Shown piece by piece: positions 63,313 to 64,000 of a DNA stretch of 64,000 nt. Within the stretch, counting starts at the first letter, position 1. Every line of letters starts with the position of its first letter. Origin of the DNA: Gekko japonicus (Eukaryota); the NCBI RefSeq assembly GCF_001447785.1, contig NW_015165837.1, positions 1,227,368 to 1,291,367 of the forward strand, in the 5' to 3' direction. The notes under the pieces were generated by a model. That model was given only the letters and a program-made list of their open reading frames with translations. It did no database searches and was not told where the DNA came from. The position numbers and the translations under genes are program-made.

Positions 63313-63390
63313 CTATCCTATGCAGAGGTACTCCAGCTGAAGTCCACTGATTTCCATAGACCTATGCTGGAGTGATTCTGCATAGGATAA
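63313..63390. mobile_element. Short palindromic MITE-like repeat
   Basis: TATCCTATGCAGA...ACTCCAGC...GCTGGAGT...TCTGCATAGGATA. Confidence 0.6.
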
Positions 63391-63429
63391 TTCTGTAAAT
63401 TTATTACCGAAGACTGTGCGTGCTCTTCT

Positions 63430-64000
63430 ATTTTATTTTATTTTATTTATTTATTCGCATTTATACCCCGCCCTCCCCAATGGGCTCAGGGCGGCTAACA
63501 AGGGCAAGGTAAACCATGCCATAATTAAAACATAATATACATAGTAACTTAAAACATATAATACATTAAAACATCCAATACTTAAAAACAATGGTGCTCA
63601 AACTTCTGATATCATAGGTCCAAAGATGGCATCGATACAGTTCCAGGTGGTACTTCCAATGCTGTTTGCGCCCACAGGAGAACGGCTTAGATCTTCTTTG
63701 CAATATCCAGGTGCTTCCTCAGGGCTTCGTCAGCCATGACGGTGATGGTATAGTAGGGGCGGCGACTCCTACTCAAAGGCCTGGCGGAAGAGCTCCGTCT
63801 TGCAGGCCCTGCGGAACTGCATAAGGTCCCGCAGGGTCTGGATCTCCCTCGGGAGCTCATTCCACCAGGTAGTAGCCACCACCGAAAAAGCCCTGGCCCT
63901 GGTTGCAGCTAGTTTGGTGTCCTTGGGGCCCGGGATGACCAACAAATTTTGGGGCCCCGACCGTAGTGCTCTTGGGGGAACGTATGGAAAAAGGTGGTCC
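63430..64000 (-). mobile_element. L2-like LINE 3' end with (TTTA/TTTTA)n tail
   Basis: A-rich tail on -, then ATTTATACCCCGCCCTCCCC...GGCCCTGCGGAACTG...GCTCATTCCACCAGG...AAAGCCCTGGCCCTGG. Confidence 0.7.

Overview
Vertebrate genomic DNA, not prokaryotic. The repeat content (RTE-BovB, Sauria-type SINE, CR1, Penelope-like fragments, hAT MITEs) points to a squamate reptile, probably a gecko. Three genes lie in the same order as human 7p21. (1) MIOS (GATOR2 subunit, + strand) is complete: 10 coding exons, 5761-17371, 876 aa after splicing, and its first coding intron is a minor-spliceosome U12-type AT-AC intron. (2) RPA3 (- strand) is complete: 4 coding exons, 28565-24918, 119 aa. (3) The 5' part of UMAD1 (+ strand) shares a bidirectional CpG-rich promoter with RPA3. 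The UMAD1 introns hold most of the unusual structure: a near full-length BovB LINE with an open 996-aa EN+RT frame, inserted into a CR1 with an apparent target-site deletion; a solo LTR with an internal palindrome; a 95-bp-arm near-perfect hairpin; two inverted Harbinger-like MITE copies around the first coding exon; and a perfect 25-nt complementary pair flanking the putative next exon. There are four assembly gaps. No CRISPR array, rRNA gene or genuine tRNA gene was seen. All calls come from reading the sequence and recalling family consensus features; no searches were run.
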